Under the pieces are notes generated by a model. It made no database searches. It had not been told where the DNA came from and worked only from the letters and a program-made list of their open reading frames with translations. Position numbers and translations under genes: made by a program. From contig JBHIAH010000005.1 of assembly GCA_046758505.1 (NCBI GenBank), forward strand, positions 1 through 64,000: a stretch of DNA of 64,000 bases. Direction: 5' to 3'. The first letter of the stretch is position 1. Each line of letters begins with the position of its first letter. The stretch comes from Candidatus Methylomirabilales bacterium. GTDB taxonomy: Bacteria > Methylomirabilota > Methylomirabilia > Methylomirabilales > CSP1-5. Of the stretch, positions 18,819 to 29,914 are shown in pieces.

Positions 18819-19847
18819 ATGTCCGTCATCAGGCACGATCCAACCACTAAAGAGTGGGTGATCATTGCAACTGAGCGAGGGGAACGCCCCCACGATTTCA
18901 AGAAGGAGGACCGAGCGCGTGTCTTAAGTCTTCGCGAGCCATCCTGCCCGTTCTATTCAGGCAATGAGGCTAAAACACCACTGGAAATCTTGCGCATACC
19001 GGATCGCGAGGGGGATGGATGGGCCGTGCGCGTGGTGCCCAACAAGTTCGCAGCGCTGACGGCGCAAGGAGAGCCGAGGACAAGGGAAGATGGGCCGCTC
19101 TTCAGAGAGATGGACGGGGTCGGCCACTACGAGGTGATCATCGAGACACCGATTCATAACCAGTTCTTACCTTTGATGGAAGATTCGGAGGTCGAGCAGG
19201 TGGTCCACGCCTACCGGGAGCGATATCTCGCCCTGAGACAAGACAAGCGCGTGAAGCTGATCCTCATCTTCAAGAATCACGGCGAGGCGGCGGGGACCTC
19301 CTTGGAGCATCCCCACTCCCAGCTAGTGGCAACCCCCGTCCTCCCGGCATCTATCCGACACAGATACGATGTGGCCATCCAATACGACACCGCGACGGGG
19401 CGATGCCTGCACTGTGATATCGTGGAGGCAGAGCGGAAGGCGGGCGAGCGGGTAGTCTTTGAAACGGACGACTTCCTAGTGTTCCATCGTTTCGTCTCCG
19501 GATCCCCCTATGAGACCTGGATCGCCCCGAAGCGGCATCGGCCTTCCTTCGGCCAGATCATGCTGGAGGAATGCCAAGCGTTAGCCGTCGTCTTGAAGAC
19601 CACCCTGACCAGGCTGGGGAATGCCCTCAACGATCCGGATTACAACTTCGTGATCTACACAGCTCCTGTCGGGGATGAGGAGAGGGAGTATTACCTCTGG
19701 CACATCCAGATCCTCCCACGCCTGACCACGGTGGCGGGGTTCGAGATTGGCTCCGGCATGCGAATCAATATCGCCAAACCTGAGGAGACAGCGATGTTTG
19801 TGCGGGAGATTTCGACAACAGCCTGGTGTTTCACGAGGACACCGTAA
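18819..19847 (+). CDS. galT: Galactose-1-phosphate uridylyltransferase family protein (possibly degenerate)
   Basis: RVVPNKF, FKNHGEAAGTSLEHPHSQ (HPH), AGFEIGSG. Confidence 0.85.
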   Translation: MSVIRHDPTTKEWVIIATERGERPHDFKKEDRARVLSLREPSCPFYSGNEAKTPLEILRIPDREGDGWAVRVVPNKFAALTAQGEPRTREDGPLFREMDGVGHYEVIIETPIHNQFLPLMEDSEVEQVVHAYRERYLALRQDKRVKLILIFKNHGEAAGTSLEHPHSQLVATPVLPASIRHRYDVAIQYDTATGRCLHCDIVEAERKAGERVVFETDDFLVFHRFVSGSPYETWIAPKRHRPSFGQIMLEECQALAVVLKTTLTRLGNALNDPDYNFVIYTAPVGDEEREYYLWHIQILPRLTTVAGFEIGSGMRINIAKPEETAMFVREISTTAWCFTRTP

Positions 19848-20049
19848 CAGCTCGTGGACCTCCGCCCCTCGGATGCTTCGCAGCTGGTGGCCAGGTAACC
19901 GAGAAGGGAGGACCCTGAGAAACAGTTCTTGAGGAAGGCAGCGGCTCTCGAAGCAGGATTGCAAAATGGTCAAGGATCCCTTAAACTCCCCTGATATTGA
20001 ATGGCCTGTGTCGGGAAAAGACGTGGAATGAGAGGAGAGGAGATTCACA

Positions 20050-20196
20050 ATGGTGAAAGATCCGGTCTGCGGCATGCAAGTGGATGAAGTACAGGCAGCA
20101 GCGACGGCCGTCTACCAGGGCAAGACCTACTACTTCTGCTCGAGCGGCTGCAAGGCAACCTTCGAGAAGAATCCGGGGAAGTATGCGGCGAGCTAA
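20050..20196 (+). CDS. Stand-alone YHS domain protein, 48 aa
   Basis: Own translation [56 protein letters not shown]; not in the ORF track. Confidence 0.9.
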   Translation: MVKDPVCGMQVDEVQAAATAVYQGKTYYFCSSGCKATFEKNPGKYAAS

Positions 20197-20409
20197 GAAA
20201 GGTGACCCCATGCGGTGCTAGAACTTGGCTCGGTAGCGGGGGGAGGGGGGGCGCTGACGCGGCACGGAGCCATGCGACGACATGCGGGGCAGAGAGGACG
20301 GTTATCCTGCTGTTACTGAGCAAGGAGAGACTCTCATGAGTGAGTTTTTGTGGAACTACGGTCCTTGTGCTTCGTGCACAAGCTGAGCGTGCCGAGCGGA
20401 GGCTAAGGT

Positions 20410-22266
20410 ATGGAGCCAAAGCACCAAAAGCTTACGATCTGGTATGCGATGGTGGCATTCGTAGCGCTGTTGCTGATTCAGTCCGTGTTTTTCGCGCCCC
20501 ATACAGAGAACCTCTCCTACAACGAGTTCAAGGCCCTCGTGAAGAAGGACATGGTGAACAACCTGGTCCTCGGTAAGCAGACGATCACGGGCACGCTCTC
20601 ACCGGAAGGGCTCGAAGGCATCCTCCCCAGGGAGAAGATCACGGAGCTGAAGCGTTACGGGAAAGGGGAGCACCGCTTCGTCACGGCCCGCGTCGATGAT
20701 CCCGCATTGGTCTCCGAGCTCGAGACCGCGAAGGTCCGCTTCACCGGGCGTGTGGAGAACACGTGGCTCTCCGTGCTGCTCTCCTGGGTGCTTCCGGCCT
20801 TGATCTTCTATGGGCTGTGGGTGGTTCTGATGCGCCGCATGGGGACCCAGGGGGGGCTCATGACCATTGGCAAGAGCAAGGCCAAGGTGTACATGGAGCG
20901 AAGCACCGGTGTGTCATTCGACGATGTGGCTGGGATCGACGAACCTCGGGACGAGCTGATGGAGATTGTGGACTTCCTCAAGAACCCACAGCGCTATCAG
21001 CGGTTGGGGGGCAAGATCCCCAAGGGCGTGCTGCTCGTCGGCGAGCCCGGGACCGGGAAGACCCTGCTCGCCAAGGCCGTGGCCGGGGAGGCGGCCGTCC
21101 CGTTCTTCAGCTTGAGTGGCTCGGACTTTGTGGAGATGTTCGTCGGCGTGGGGGCCGCACGGGTCCGGGACCTCTTCGCCCAGGCTCAGGCCCACGCGCC
21201 GACCATCATCTTCATCGACGAGCTGGATGCCCTGGGCAAGGCCAGGGGCATCAGCCCAATCACGGGCGGCCACGATGAGCGGGAACAGACGCTGAACCAG
21301 CTTCTGACCGAGATGGACGGGTTCGATACCCAGAAGGGCCTCATCATCATGGCGGCCAGCAACCGGCCCGAGATCCTGGACCCGGCTCTGCTGCGCCCCG
21401 GTCGTTTCGACCGTAAGGTCGTGATCGACCGGCCTGATCTCAACGGACGGGAGAAGATCCTCAGAGTCCACAGCCGTGAGGTCCCGCTCGCGCCCGATCT
21501 GGATCTGTCGCTGATCGCCGCACGGACGCCGGGATTTGTCGGCGCGGATCTCGCGAATCTCGTCAACGAGGCCGCCCTCCACGCCGCACGTGCGGGGAAG
21601 GACGCGGTGGAGATGGCCGACTTCGACGAGGCCATTGACCGGGTAGTCGCCGGGCTCGAGCGAAAATCCCGGGTCATCAATCCGAAGGAAAAGGAGATCG
21701 TAGCCTACCACGAGGCCGGCCACGCTCTGGTGGCCGAGTCCCGGGCGCACGCCGACCGAGTCGCCAAAATCTCGATCATCCCTCGCGGGGTGGCTGCCCT
21801 CGGCTACACCCAGCAGCAACCCACGGAGGATCGGTACCTGATGACGCGAGCAGAGCTGTTCGATCGGCTGGATGTGCTCCTGGGCGGCCGCGTCGCAGAG
21901 GAGATCGTCTTTGGCGACGTCTCCACGGGGGCGCAGGACGACCTCCAACGCGCCACCGACCTCGCCCGCCACATGATCATGCGCTACGGGATGAGCGAGG
22001 CGCTGGGACTGGCCACCTTCGAGGAGCCACGGCAGGCCCTCTTCCTCCACGTGCCGCCGGGCGGACAGAAAGAGTACAGTGAGGAGACGAGCCGGATGAT
22101 AGACGTGGAGATCCGGAAGATATTCGAGGCGTCCCATGCGCGGGTCCGAGAAACACTGACGGTGAAGCGCGATGTGCTGGAGACCCTGGCCAAACTGCTG
22201 ATCGAGAAAGAGGTCGTGGACCGGGAGATGCTCGCCCGCCTCCTCGCCGGGGCGAAGCCGGCGTAG
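20410..22266 (+). CDS. ftsH: ATP-dependent zinc metalloprotease FtsH (accessory paralog)
   Basis: Two TM helices, [31 protein letters not shown]. Confidence 0.95.
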   Translation: MEPKHQKLTIWYAMVAFVALLLIQSVFFAPHTENLSYNEFKALVKKDMVNNLVLGKQTITGTLSPEGLEGILPREKITELKRYGKGEHRFVTARVDDPALVSELETAKVRFTGRVENTWLSVLLSWVLPALIFYGLWVVLMRRMGTQGGLMTIGKSKAKVYMERSTGVSFDDVAGIDEPRDELMEIVDFLKNPQRYQRLGGKIPKGVLLVGEPGTGKTLLAKAVAGEAAVPFFSLSGSDFVEMFVGVGAARVRDLFAQAQAHAPTIIFIDELDALGKARGISPITGGHDEREQTLNQLLTEMDGFDTQKGLIIMAASNRPEILDPALLRPGRFDRKVVIDRPDLNGREKILRVHSREVPLAPDLDLSLIAARTPGFVGADLANLVNEAALHAARAGKDAVEMADFDEAIDRVVAGLERKSRVINPKEKEIVAYHEAGHALVAESRAHADRVAKISIIPRGVAALGYTQQQPTEDRYLMTRAELFDRLDVLLGGRVAEEIVFGDVSTGAQDDLQRATDLARHMIMRYGMSEALGLATFEEPRQALFLHVPPGGQKEYSEETSRMIDVEIRKIFEASHARVRETLTVKRDVLETLAKLLIEKEVVDREMLARLLAGAKPA

Positions 22267-22286
22267 CGCCGGAGGAGATCGAACGG

Positions 22287-23195
22287 ATGCCATCCGGGTA
22301 TCTCGGGCGAACGGCGGTAGCGCTCGTCGTAATCCTTGTATGGAGTGCGTGCTTTGTGGTCATCAAGGCGAGTCAGGCCGATGCCCCGCCGCTCTTTTAC
22401 GGCGGGCTTCGCGCGTTACTCGGAGGACTCCCCCTGCTCGCGGTCGCCGCCTCAACGGGGAGATTTCTGCCTCCACCTCGGAGCTGGGGGTGGATCGCAG
22501 TTCTAGCTCTCACGAACACCACGTTTGGTCTCGCCGGGATGTTCCTCAGCGTGGGGGCGGTGGGAGCGGCGGTCTCGGGCGTGCTGGCCAACAGCCAGGC
22601 ACTACTCGTGGCCCCGTTTGCAGCGCTCCTTTTTGGCGAGACCCTGACAAGGGGTCGGGTCGTGGGGCTTCTCTTGGGGGTTACCGGGGTCGCCCTGATA
22701 TTTCCGGCGGCTCAGGGAGGATCCGGGGGTACGGAGGGAGCAGCACTAGGGCTAATGGCGGCAGGCGGGCTCGCAGCGGGAAACCTGGTGATCAAGCACA
22801 TCGGATCCTGGGTGGACGCGCTGACCGCAACGGCCTGGCAGTACGTGCTGGGCGCATTGCCGCTCCTGGGGTGGTCGTTGATCGTGGAGGATACAAACAA
22901 GGTGGCGTGGACGTCGGTGTTTGTCGCGGGTCTGCTCTTTCTTGGCCTGGTCGGGTCGGCGGGGGCCTCGTGGGTCTGGTACCGGCTCGTCAGTGAGGGC
23001 GAGCTGATCGCGCTTAACGGGTTGACCCTACTGACGCCGGCCTTTTCCCTGGTATTCGCGCTGCTCATCTACCGAGAGCGGGTCAGTGCTCTCGGCATGC
23101 TCGGCATTGCGATTGTGCTCGTCGGCGTCGCCTGGGTCGGTTGGCCCCGACACGCGACGCCCGCTCGGGTTGGGACCAGGCTGAACACCCGTTGA
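22287..23195 (+). CDS. EamA/DMT family transporter
   Basis: About ten TM helices in two repeats; WSACFVVIK, LFGETL, LTPAFSLVFALLIYRE. Confidence 0.85.
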   Translation: MPSGYLGRTAVALVVILVWSACFVVIKASQADAPPLFYGGLRALLGGLPLLAVAASTGRFLPPPRSWGWIAVLALTNTTFGLAGMFLSVGAVGAAVSGVLANSQALLVAPFAALLFGETLTRGRVVGLLLGVTGVALIFPAAQGGSGGTEGAALGLMAAGGLAAGNLVIKHIGSWVDALTATAWQYVLGALPLLGWSLIVEDTNKVAWTSVFVAGLLFLGLVGSAGASWVWYRLVSEGELIALNGLTLLTPAFSLVFALLIYRERVSALGMLGIAIVLVGVAWVGWPRHATPARVGTRLNTR

Positions 23196-23322
23196 GGGAA
23201 TGAGATTTCGCGGACCCCGGAGCGCACATCCTGTTTCGGGAACCGACGGTGGTCATGGAGCAACACCCCTCGGATGCCAAGCCGGAGCCGTCGTGAAGAG
23301 CCCCCCGGTGGAGGGAGGAACT

Positions 23323-23880
23323 GTGAGCGAAGAGGTGACCATAGGCCGCACCGACCTCCTCGTACAGAGTAAGATCCGATTCCTGACCTTTCTGGAGCGG
23401 CGCATGGGTAGCCGGGCCGACGCAGAGGATTTGCTGCAAACAGCCTATCTGAGAGCGTTTGCCGAAGCCGGGCCCCTTCGCAACGAAGAAAAGGTTGTGC
23501 TGTGGTTTTACCAACTGCTCCGTAATCTGCTCGTCGACTACTATCGGCACCGGGCAGCCACCGCTCGCCTAGAGGAACGTTTCGCCCGTGAAACTGACAC
23601 GACAGCCGTGATTGAGAACGAGCTATTTCGCGAGGTGTGCCGCTGTGTAAAGGACGTGAGCGAGGCGTTAAAGCCCGAGTACCACGAGATGCTCTTGAGG
23701 GTGGAGCTTCGGGACGAACCGCTCCAGCACGTAGCGAGTGAGCTTGGCATTACCCCTAATAACGCCTCCGTTCGCCTCCATCGAGCCCGCCAGGCACTAC
23801 GCGAAGCGCTCCGGGTCACCTGCGGGGCCTGTACGGAGCACGGGTGCCTGGACTGCACGTGTCGCCAAGGGGCCAGCTAG
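23323..23880 (+). CDS. CorE-like ECF sigma factor with CxC and C-terminal Cys-rich domain
   Basis: DAEDLLQ, WFYQLLRN, linker VCRC, sigma4 VRLHRAR, C-terminal CGACTEHGCLDCTC; GGAGG RBS before GTG23323. Confidence 0.85.
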   Translation: MSEEVTIGRTDLLVQSKIRFLTFLERRMGSRADAEDLLQTAYLRAFAEAGPLRNEEKVVLWFYQLLRNLLVDYYRHRAATARLEERFARETDTTAVIENELFREVCRCVKDVSEALKPEYHEMLLRVELRDEPLQHVASELGITPNNASVRLHRARQALREALRVTCGACTEHGCLDCTCRQGAS

Positions 23881-24008
23881 CCACCTCCATCTGCATCAGG
23901 CTGCTAACGGGCTTGAGGACGACCAATTGAAAAAACTACAACCCCCAAGGCTTTTGTGCCATCCGACATGCATGGAACTACCTGATTCTAAAGCGTTATT
24001 GAACGTGG

Positions 24009-24034
24009 TGTAAGAATCGGCTTGCTCATACGTC
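24009..24034 (+). promoter_or_regulatory. Candidate ECF-type promoter
   Basis: TGTAAG-N16-CGTC downstream of the ECF gene and upstream of the DUF5676/ICMT genes. Confidence 0.35.
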
Positions 24035-24105
24035 TCCTCTGGTGAAGGGGACAAACGGAATCGGGGAAAACACCGTCACGGAAAACTGGAGAGCAGGCAA
24101 CGACC

Positions 24106-24363
24106 ATGAAAACGTTGAGCTTTAAGGTAGTAGCTTCGACCCTGAGCCTTTTGGGAATTGTAACCTACACCGTGTGCATCTTGTGGGACCTGGCCTTCCC
24201 ACAATTCACGATGGTGGCAATTTGGAAGACCCTGCTCCCAGGCTTTCAGGGGATGACCTGGGAGTCGTATTTCCTGGGCCTGGTGGAGATCACTCTTTAC
24301 GCGCTTTACACGGCGCTGATCTTCGTCCCGAGCTACAACTACTTCCAACGCCGCTGGGCCTAA
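24106..24363 (+). CDS. DUF5676-like two-TM protein (copy 2)
   Basis: YTVCILWD...LLPGFQGMTW...GLVE...PSYNYF. Confidence 0.75.
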   Translation: MKTLSFKVVASTLSLLGIVTYTVCILWDLAFPQFTMVAIWKTLLPGFQGMTWESYFLGLVEITLYALYTALIFVPSYNYFQRRWA

Positions 24364-24438
24364 AAAAGGCAGAGGCACAACCCAAGACAGCCCAGGGCCA
24401 GCAGCGAGCAGATTAGTCCCTGAGGGGAGGCGAATTTC

Positions 24439-25104
24439 ATGGACCCCGGAACGAACATCGGGTTTTGGGAGCTGACGGTGGTCATGGTGGTGATCGCCTC
24501 GTGGCTCCTCTATCGATACGTGGCGCCCACGGGGTGGCGGGAATGGAGTCGCGCGGGGCTCGTCCAGGCCTTCATCATCGCGCTGTACGCCGAAATGTAT
24601 GGCTTCCCCCTCACCATCTATATTTTGAGCGGATTCATGGGCTTCGACATCCCCTGGCTCCACCAGAGCGGCCATCTGTGGGCGGCGCTATTCGGATGGG
24701 GTGATCTCGGTGCAATGGTCGAAATGCTGCTCGGGTACACCCTCGTCTTCTTCGGCATCTCGGTGCTAATCGAGGGATGGCGCGAGGTGTACCATGCGAG
24801 CCGCAAGGGGCATCTGGCCACAGACCGCCTGTACGGCGTCGTCCGGCATCCCCAATACACAGGGATTTTCCTGGCCGTCTTCGGCCAACTCATCCACTGG
24901 CCGACCATCCCCACCGTGGTCTTGTTTCCGGCGATCGTCTGGGCGTATTATCGCTTGGCGAAGCGCGAAGAAGGCCAGATGATCGAACGGTTCGGCGACG
25001 CATACCTCACCTACCGTCGTCGTGTCCCCATGTTTTTCCCCCGCGGTGGAGAGTGGCAGCGGCTGTTCGATGAGACACGTTCGTCCGCCGACGAGGGTGC
25101 CTGA
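24439..25104 (+). CDS. Isoprenylcysteine carboxyl methyltransferase (ICMT/PEMT) family protein
   Basis: AEMYGFPLTIY, HLWA, YGVVRHPQYTG, EE...FGDAY...VPMF. Confidence 0.88.
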   Translation: MDPGTNIGFWELTVVMVVIASWLLYRYVAPTGWREWSRAGLVQAFIIALYAEMYGFPLTIYILSGFMGFDIPWLHQSGHLWAALFGWGDLGAMVEMLLGYTLVFFGISVLIEGWREVYHASRKGHLATDRLYGVVRHPQYTGIFLAVFGQLIHWPTIPTVVLFPAIVWAYYRLAKREEGQMIERFGDAYLTYRRRVPMFFPRGGEWQRLFDETRSSADEGA

Positions 25105-25204
25105 CAATAAGGCTTCCGGGAGCGCCGTCGCAATGGAGCTGCCTTTCGAATTGGAGGGCTCAAGGCCTCGCTCCACAGTTTGCCGCAGGTGGAAGAGAGG
25201 GATC

Positions 25205-26230
25205 ATGAACGCGCGCGTGTTCCTTTGCCTGTTATCCATGGTCTTTTCTCTTGGACTCTGGAGCGCACCCGTATCGGCCCAAGAATTTCAGTTCCCCCGA
25301 GACGAAGGGAGGCACGAGGGGGTCCGATTCGAGACCTGGATGGTCTTTGCCCACCTAAAGGATGAGACGGGAAAAAGCTATGGCGTGGTCGTCACCTTCT
25401 TTGCGGGAAAAGTCCTGGGACTGCCGCTCAAGGGAGTGGTGCTCGGAATTACAGACAACCAGCGAAAGGAGGTCAAGCGGTACTCCGACGTGTTAGTGCC
25501 GATCTTCGAGCGGGCCCGTCATACCGTGGGTTGGCTTGATGAACGCTACGGAAGGAACAGCTTAAAACGGGAGCAGAACGGAGGCGTGTACACCCTCTCT
25601 GTCCAGATCGATGACGCCCAGGTCGAACTTCAGATGACTGCCCAGAAAGCGCCCCTGGTCCTCGGAAAGATCCCGGTCGGCGAGGAGCGGTGGGTGGAAG
25701 CCAATTCCCTGCCGCGAAACCAGGTTCGGGGGACGATGGTGCGGAATGGCCGGGAGATGGCGGTCAAGGGAAAGGGCTCGTTAGAACACATGTGGGGTGA
25801 CGCCCCGGAGCAGGGGGCCTTGCGGGAATGGTTCGGCATTCAGCTTGACGACGGGACGGACCTGGTGGCCTATCGGACGAAGGCCGCTTCGACGATCCAG
25901 GTTCTCGGCCTTTCAACCCCCGAGGGCCGATCGGAGACTCTCAGGGCGTTTGACCTCCAATCGGAAACCACGTGGAGAAGCCCGACAACGGGAATCGTCT
26001 TCCCAATGAACTGGATCTTGAACATCCCAGACCCAGAGGCCGTGATCGAGGTCTTGCCAACCTTCGCAGGACAGGAGGTCTCGGTCCTCAACGAGAAATA
26101 CTGGGAAGGGCAATGCACAGTGCGAGGGACCATCGCAGGTCGGCCCGTCATCGGGAAGGCCTTCGTATACCTAAAGGGATATGGACAGCAACGAACCGTT
26201 GACAATGATTCTCTAGCCTTGGACGAGTAG
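25205..26230 (+). CDS. Exported CrtC/AttH-like double lipocalin protein
   Basis: Signal peptide; FPRDEGRH...ETW, EHMWG, WRSPTTG.VFP, YWEG. Confidence 0.75.
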   Translation: MNARVFLCLLSMVFSLGLWSAPVSAQEFQFPRDEGRHEGVRFETWMVFAHLKDETGKSYGVVVTFFAGKVLGLPLKGVVLGITDNQRKEVKRYSDVLVPIFERARHTVGWLDERYGRNSLKREQNGGVYTLSVQIDDAQVELQMTAQKAPLVLGKIPVGEERWVEANSLPRNQVRGTMVRNGREMAVKGKGSLEHMWGDAPEQGALREWFGIQLDDGTDLVAYRTKAASTIQVLGLSTPEGRSETLRAFDLQSETTWRSPTTGIVFPMNWILNIPDPEAVIEVLPTFAGQEVSVLNEKYWEGQCTVRGTIAGRPVIGKAFVYLKGYGQQRTVDNDSLALDE

Positions 26231-26401
26231 GCGAAGACCTTGTGTGGAAAGACCGAATAGGGCAGACTGCGGACAGGAGAGCTTTAGCGAGAACCCTTCG
26301 TACGCTCGGCACAATCGAGATTCCGAGATGCGAGAAGTGAAGAAAGGGTGGATAGAGGGGCTGTGATAGCGAGGCAGGCACCGGCTGACGCTCAGGCCAG
26401 T

Positions 26402-26896
26402 ATGACAGGAGGGACTCGGCCCAAAAGGGTGCGCGCCTGGTACGGCCTACCCGGCGAGATCGTTATCGAGGGCGACGACTGGCACCTGGTCAAGGTGGGC
26501 CCGTTCCCACTCCCCCACCCGCCATTCATCAACCGGTTCATTCGGTGGGGACTCCCCCAACAGGACCGGTTGCAGCTCAGCTACTGGCACGAGCTGGGGC
26601 ATCTTCAGACGCTGCCGGTCGCCCTGGCGCACGCTGTCTGGTTGTGGCGATGCCGCGACCAACGGCCAAGGAGCCGGGCTACACGGCTGCTGCGTGTCGC
26701 GACTGCCCTGATCGCCCATGAGGCGGTCTGGGAACTGGCCGCCGAAAGCTATGTAGCAGCCAGAAGTGGTCGAGAGTACCGGCGTCTGTACCGGAAGCAT
26801 CCCAACCCGCTGCTTGCCACCTTCTGGCCCGGTATGGCTGGGCTTGCCGTACTCGGAACAATCTTCTCAACCTGGAGGAGGCGGGGGCGAAGATGA
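26402..26896 (+). CDS. Hypothetical membrane protein with HExxH motif
   Basis: YWHELGHLQT and a downstream HE..WE...E; start uncertain (ORF opens at 26348). Confidence 0.6.
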   Translation: MTGGTRPKRVRAWYGLPGEIVIEGDDWHLVKVGPFPLPHPPFINRFIRWGLPQQDRLQLSYWHELGHLQTLPVALAHAVWLWRCRDQRPRSRATRLLRVATALIAHEAVWELAAESYVAARSGREYRRLYRKHPNPLLATFWPGMAGLAVLGTIFSTWRRRGRR

Positions 26897-27010
26897 AGCC
26901 ACCCCAGAAGCTTCACCTCATTCCATTACTTCGAACTCTGCCAGAGTGTTTGCGGGACTGGCCCACAACATGCGCTGGGCCTGAAACCGACGCTCCATAA
27001 GGAGGTCAGC

Positions 27011-29896
27011 ATGGTCAAGGATCCAGTGTGCGGGATGGAGATCGAGGAGAAAGACGCGGCAGCCACTCGGAACGTAGGCGGGACGACGTACCACTTCTGC
27101 TCTGACCGCTGTGCCGAGCAGTTTGATGCGACCCCGGCCGAGTTCCTCGTGAAGACGCCCCCAGCCACGGTGCGCGACCCGGTGTGTGGCATGGCGGTTG
27201 ATCCTGCCAGTGCAGCGGCCACGCGTACAATCGGCGGGGAGGCCTACTACTTTTGTTCCGAGGGTTGCGCCAGGCAGTTTGACGCTGACCCGGCGGCCTA
27301 CGGACCCAAGGGACTCGAACGCAGGACGTCGAGGCCAGTCATCGGGTCAGCGACGACCGGGGTCAATCCGAAGCTGACTGGCCCGATGAGGGTCGAATTG
27401 CCCATCCTCAACCTGGACTGCGCTACCTGCGTGCAGACGATCGAGCGGGCGCTGAACGGGCTGGAGGGCGTGCACAAGGCGAGCGTGAACTTTGCGACCG
27501 CCAAGGCCCACCTCACGTACGATCCTGCCCAGGTCTCTCTACCCGACATGGATCGAGCCATCAGGAAAGCCGGCTACACTGTGGGCGGTGCGAGAGCCCA
27601 GCTCGGCATCAAAGGCCTGCACTGTGCCTCGTGTGTGACCTTCATCGAGGATACTTTGAAGGCCACGCCCGGTGTACTCAAGGCGTCGGTCAATGTGGCG
27701 ACCCAGCACGCCGACGTGGAATACGTGCCGGGCACGGCCACGCTGCCGGCCCTACACCGTGCCATCGAGTCCACGGGCTACACGCCAGTGGAGCCGCCTA
27801 CCGGTGCGCCCCCCGAGGATGCCGAACGGGCCAGTCGCCTCGCCGAGTACCGCAACCTGCGCAAACGCTTTGTCGTCGCCGGGGCCTTGGCGGCCGCCGT
27901 GCTGGTGCTGACCTTTGGCGAGTTCATTCCCGGTTTGCGCACGATCCCGCCCCAACTCAACTGGATCATCCTGTTCGTGCTGACCACCCCGGTGCTCTTC
28001 TGGTCGGGCAGCCGCTTCTTCACGGGCGCATGGAGCGCCTTCCGTCACCGCACGGCCGACATGAATACCCTGATCGCGCTGGGGACCGGCGCGGCATACA
28101 TCTACTCAACAGTGGCGACGTTTCTGCCCGGACTGTTGCCGGAAGGACTGCGTGCCGTCTACTTCGACACCACAGCCATCATCGTTGCATTGATCCTGAT
28201 GGGCCAGGTGTTGGAAGCGCGAGCCAAGGGACAGACCAACGAAGCCATCCGCAAGCTGATGGGCCTCCAGGCCAAGACAGCCCGGGTGGTGCGCGACGGC
28301 CAGGAGGTAGACATTCCCATCGAGGAAGCGCTGGTCGCGGACGTCGTCATCGTGCGACCGGGAGAGAAAGTGCCGGTCGACGGTGTCGTGATCGAGGGGA
28401 CCTCCACCGTGGACGAAAGCATGATTACCGGCGAATCGATCCCGGTGACCAAGAGACCGGATGACGAGGTGATCGGTGCCACGCTCAATAAGACGGGTTC
28501 ATTCCGCTTCCGGGCGACGAAAGTGGGTAAGGACACCGCCCTAAGCCAGATCATTCAGTTGGTGCAGCAAGCCCAGGGTACCAAGGCGCCGATTCAGCGC
28601 CTGGCCGACGTTATTTCCAGCTACTTTGTGCCGGCCGTGATCCTGGTGGCCATCTGGAGCTTTGCCATCTGGTTCGTCTTTGGACCGGAGCCCCCGCTGC
28701 TACACGCCCTAGTGACCGCCGTCACCGTACTGATCATTGCCTGCCCCTGCGCGCTGGGCCTGGCCACGCCGACCTCCATCATGGTGGGCACCGGTAAAGG
28801 TGCAGAGAATGGCATCCTGATCCGCTCGGCCGAGGCGCTTGAGACGGCCCATAAATTGGACGCCATCGTGTTGGACAAGACGGGCACCATCACCAAAGGC
28901 AAACCCGAGCTGACCGACGTGATCGTTCTGGCTTCACAGTTCGCAGGTCACAGTTCACCCATCAATCCCACCCCTGCCGTGAACCGTGAACCGTCAACCC
29001 TGAACCAACCTGAGAGGGAGTTGTTGCGGCTGGCAGCCAGCGTGGAAAAGTCGTCAGAACATCCGCTGGCGCAGGCGATCGTGGATGGCGCCAAGGCGCG
29101 CCAAATCCCATTGGTTGATGCAACTGACTTCGAGGCGGTACCCGGCCACGGGGTCAAGGCGGTCGTCGAGGGACGTCAGTTGATCTTGGGCAATCTGAAG
29201 ATGATGCAGCAGGTCGGCACCAGTTTGGAGAGGATGGAGGCTCAAGCCCAGGCACTGGCAAATGACGGGAAGACGCCAATGTACGTGGCGGTTGACGGCC
29301 AGGCGGCAGGCATCATAGCCGTGGCCGACACGGTCAAAGAAGACAGCCGGGAGGCCATCGCCCGCCTCAAGCGATTAGGATTGGAAGTGGTGATGCTCAC
29401 CGGCGATAACCGGCGCACCGCAGACGCCATCGCTCGCCAGGTAGGCGTCGATCGCGTTCTGGCTGAGGTTCTGCCGGAAGATAAAGCTCGCAACGTGCAG
29501 AAACTTCAGCAGGAGGGCAAGACAGTCGCGATGGTGGGGGACGGCATCAATGATGCCCCGGCGCTGGCCCAGGCCGACGTGGGACTGGCCATCGGCACCG
29601 GCACGGACGTGGCCATCGAGGCATCAGACATCACGCTGATCAAGGGGAGCCTTTCGGGCGTGGCGGTTGCCATCGAGTTGAGCAAGGCGACGATGCGCAA
29701 CATCAAGCAGAACTTGGTCGGCAGTTTCATTTACAACACGCTGGGTGTCCCCGTTGCCGCAGGCGTCCTGTACCCCTTCTTTGGCATCCTGCTCAGCCCG
29801 ATCATTGCCAGCGCGGCCATGGCGCTCAGCAGCGTGACGGTAGTGAGCAACGCCCTGCGCCTGCGCGGCTTTAAGCCATCAACGATCGCACAATAA
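27011..29896 (+). CDS. copA: Cu(I)-exporting P1B-type ATPase with two YHS and two HMA domains
   Basis: DPVCGM twice, CATC, CASC, TGES, CPC, DKTGT, HP, GDGIND, YN, MALSS. Confidence 0.96.
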   Translation: MVKDPVCGMEIEEKDAAATRNVGGTTYHFCSDRCAEQFDATPAEFLVKTPPATVRDPVCGMAVDPASAAATRTIGGEAYYFCSEGCARQFDADPAAYGPKGLERRTSRPVIGSATTGVNPKLTGPMRVELPILNLDCATCVQTIERALNGLEGVHKASVNFATAKAHLTYDPAQVSLPDMDRAIRKAGYTVGGARAQLGIKGLHCASCVTFIEDTLKATPGVLKASVNVATQHADVEYVPGTATLPALHRAIESTGYTPVEPPTGAPPEDAERASRLAEYRNLRKRFVVAGALAAAVLVLTFGEFIPGLRTIPPQLNWIILFVLTTPVLFWSGSRFFTGAWSAFRHRTADMNTLIALGTGAAYIYSTVATFLPGLLPEGLRAVYFDTTAIIVALILMGQVLEARAKGQTNEAIRKLMGLQAKTARVVRDGQEVDIPIEEALVADVVIVRPGEKVPVDGVVIEGTSTVDESMITGESIPVTKRPDDEVIGATLNKTGSFRFRATKVGKDTALSQIIQLVQQAQGTKAPIQRLADVISSYFVPAVILVAIWSFAIWFVFGPEPPLLHALVTAVTVLIIACPCALGLATPTSIMVGTGKGAENGILIRSAEALETAHKLDAIVLDKTGTITKGKPELTDVIVLASQFAGHSSPINPTPAVNREPSTLNQPERELLRLAASVEKSSEHPLAQAIVDGAKARQIPLVDATDFEAVPGHGVKAVVEGRQLILGNLKMMQQVGTSLERMEAQAQALANDGKTPMYVAVDGQAAGIIAVADTVKEDSREAIARLKRLGLEVVMLTGDNRRTADAIARQVGVDRVLAEVLPEDKARNVQKLQQEGKTVAMVGDGINDAPALAQADVGLAIGTGTDVAIEASDITLIKGSLSGVAVAIELSKATMRNIKQNLVGSFIYNTLGVPVAAGVLYPFFGILLSPIIASAAMALSSVTVVSNALRLRGFKPSTIAQ
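28933..29005. repeat. Palindromic heptamer repeat lying in frame within copA
   Basis: TTCACAG-like units followed by complementary CCGTGAA-like units; same family as intergenic arrays at 45270 and 59633. Confidence 0.7.
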
Positions 29897-29914
29897 TGTG
29901 GAGGGACAACACTC

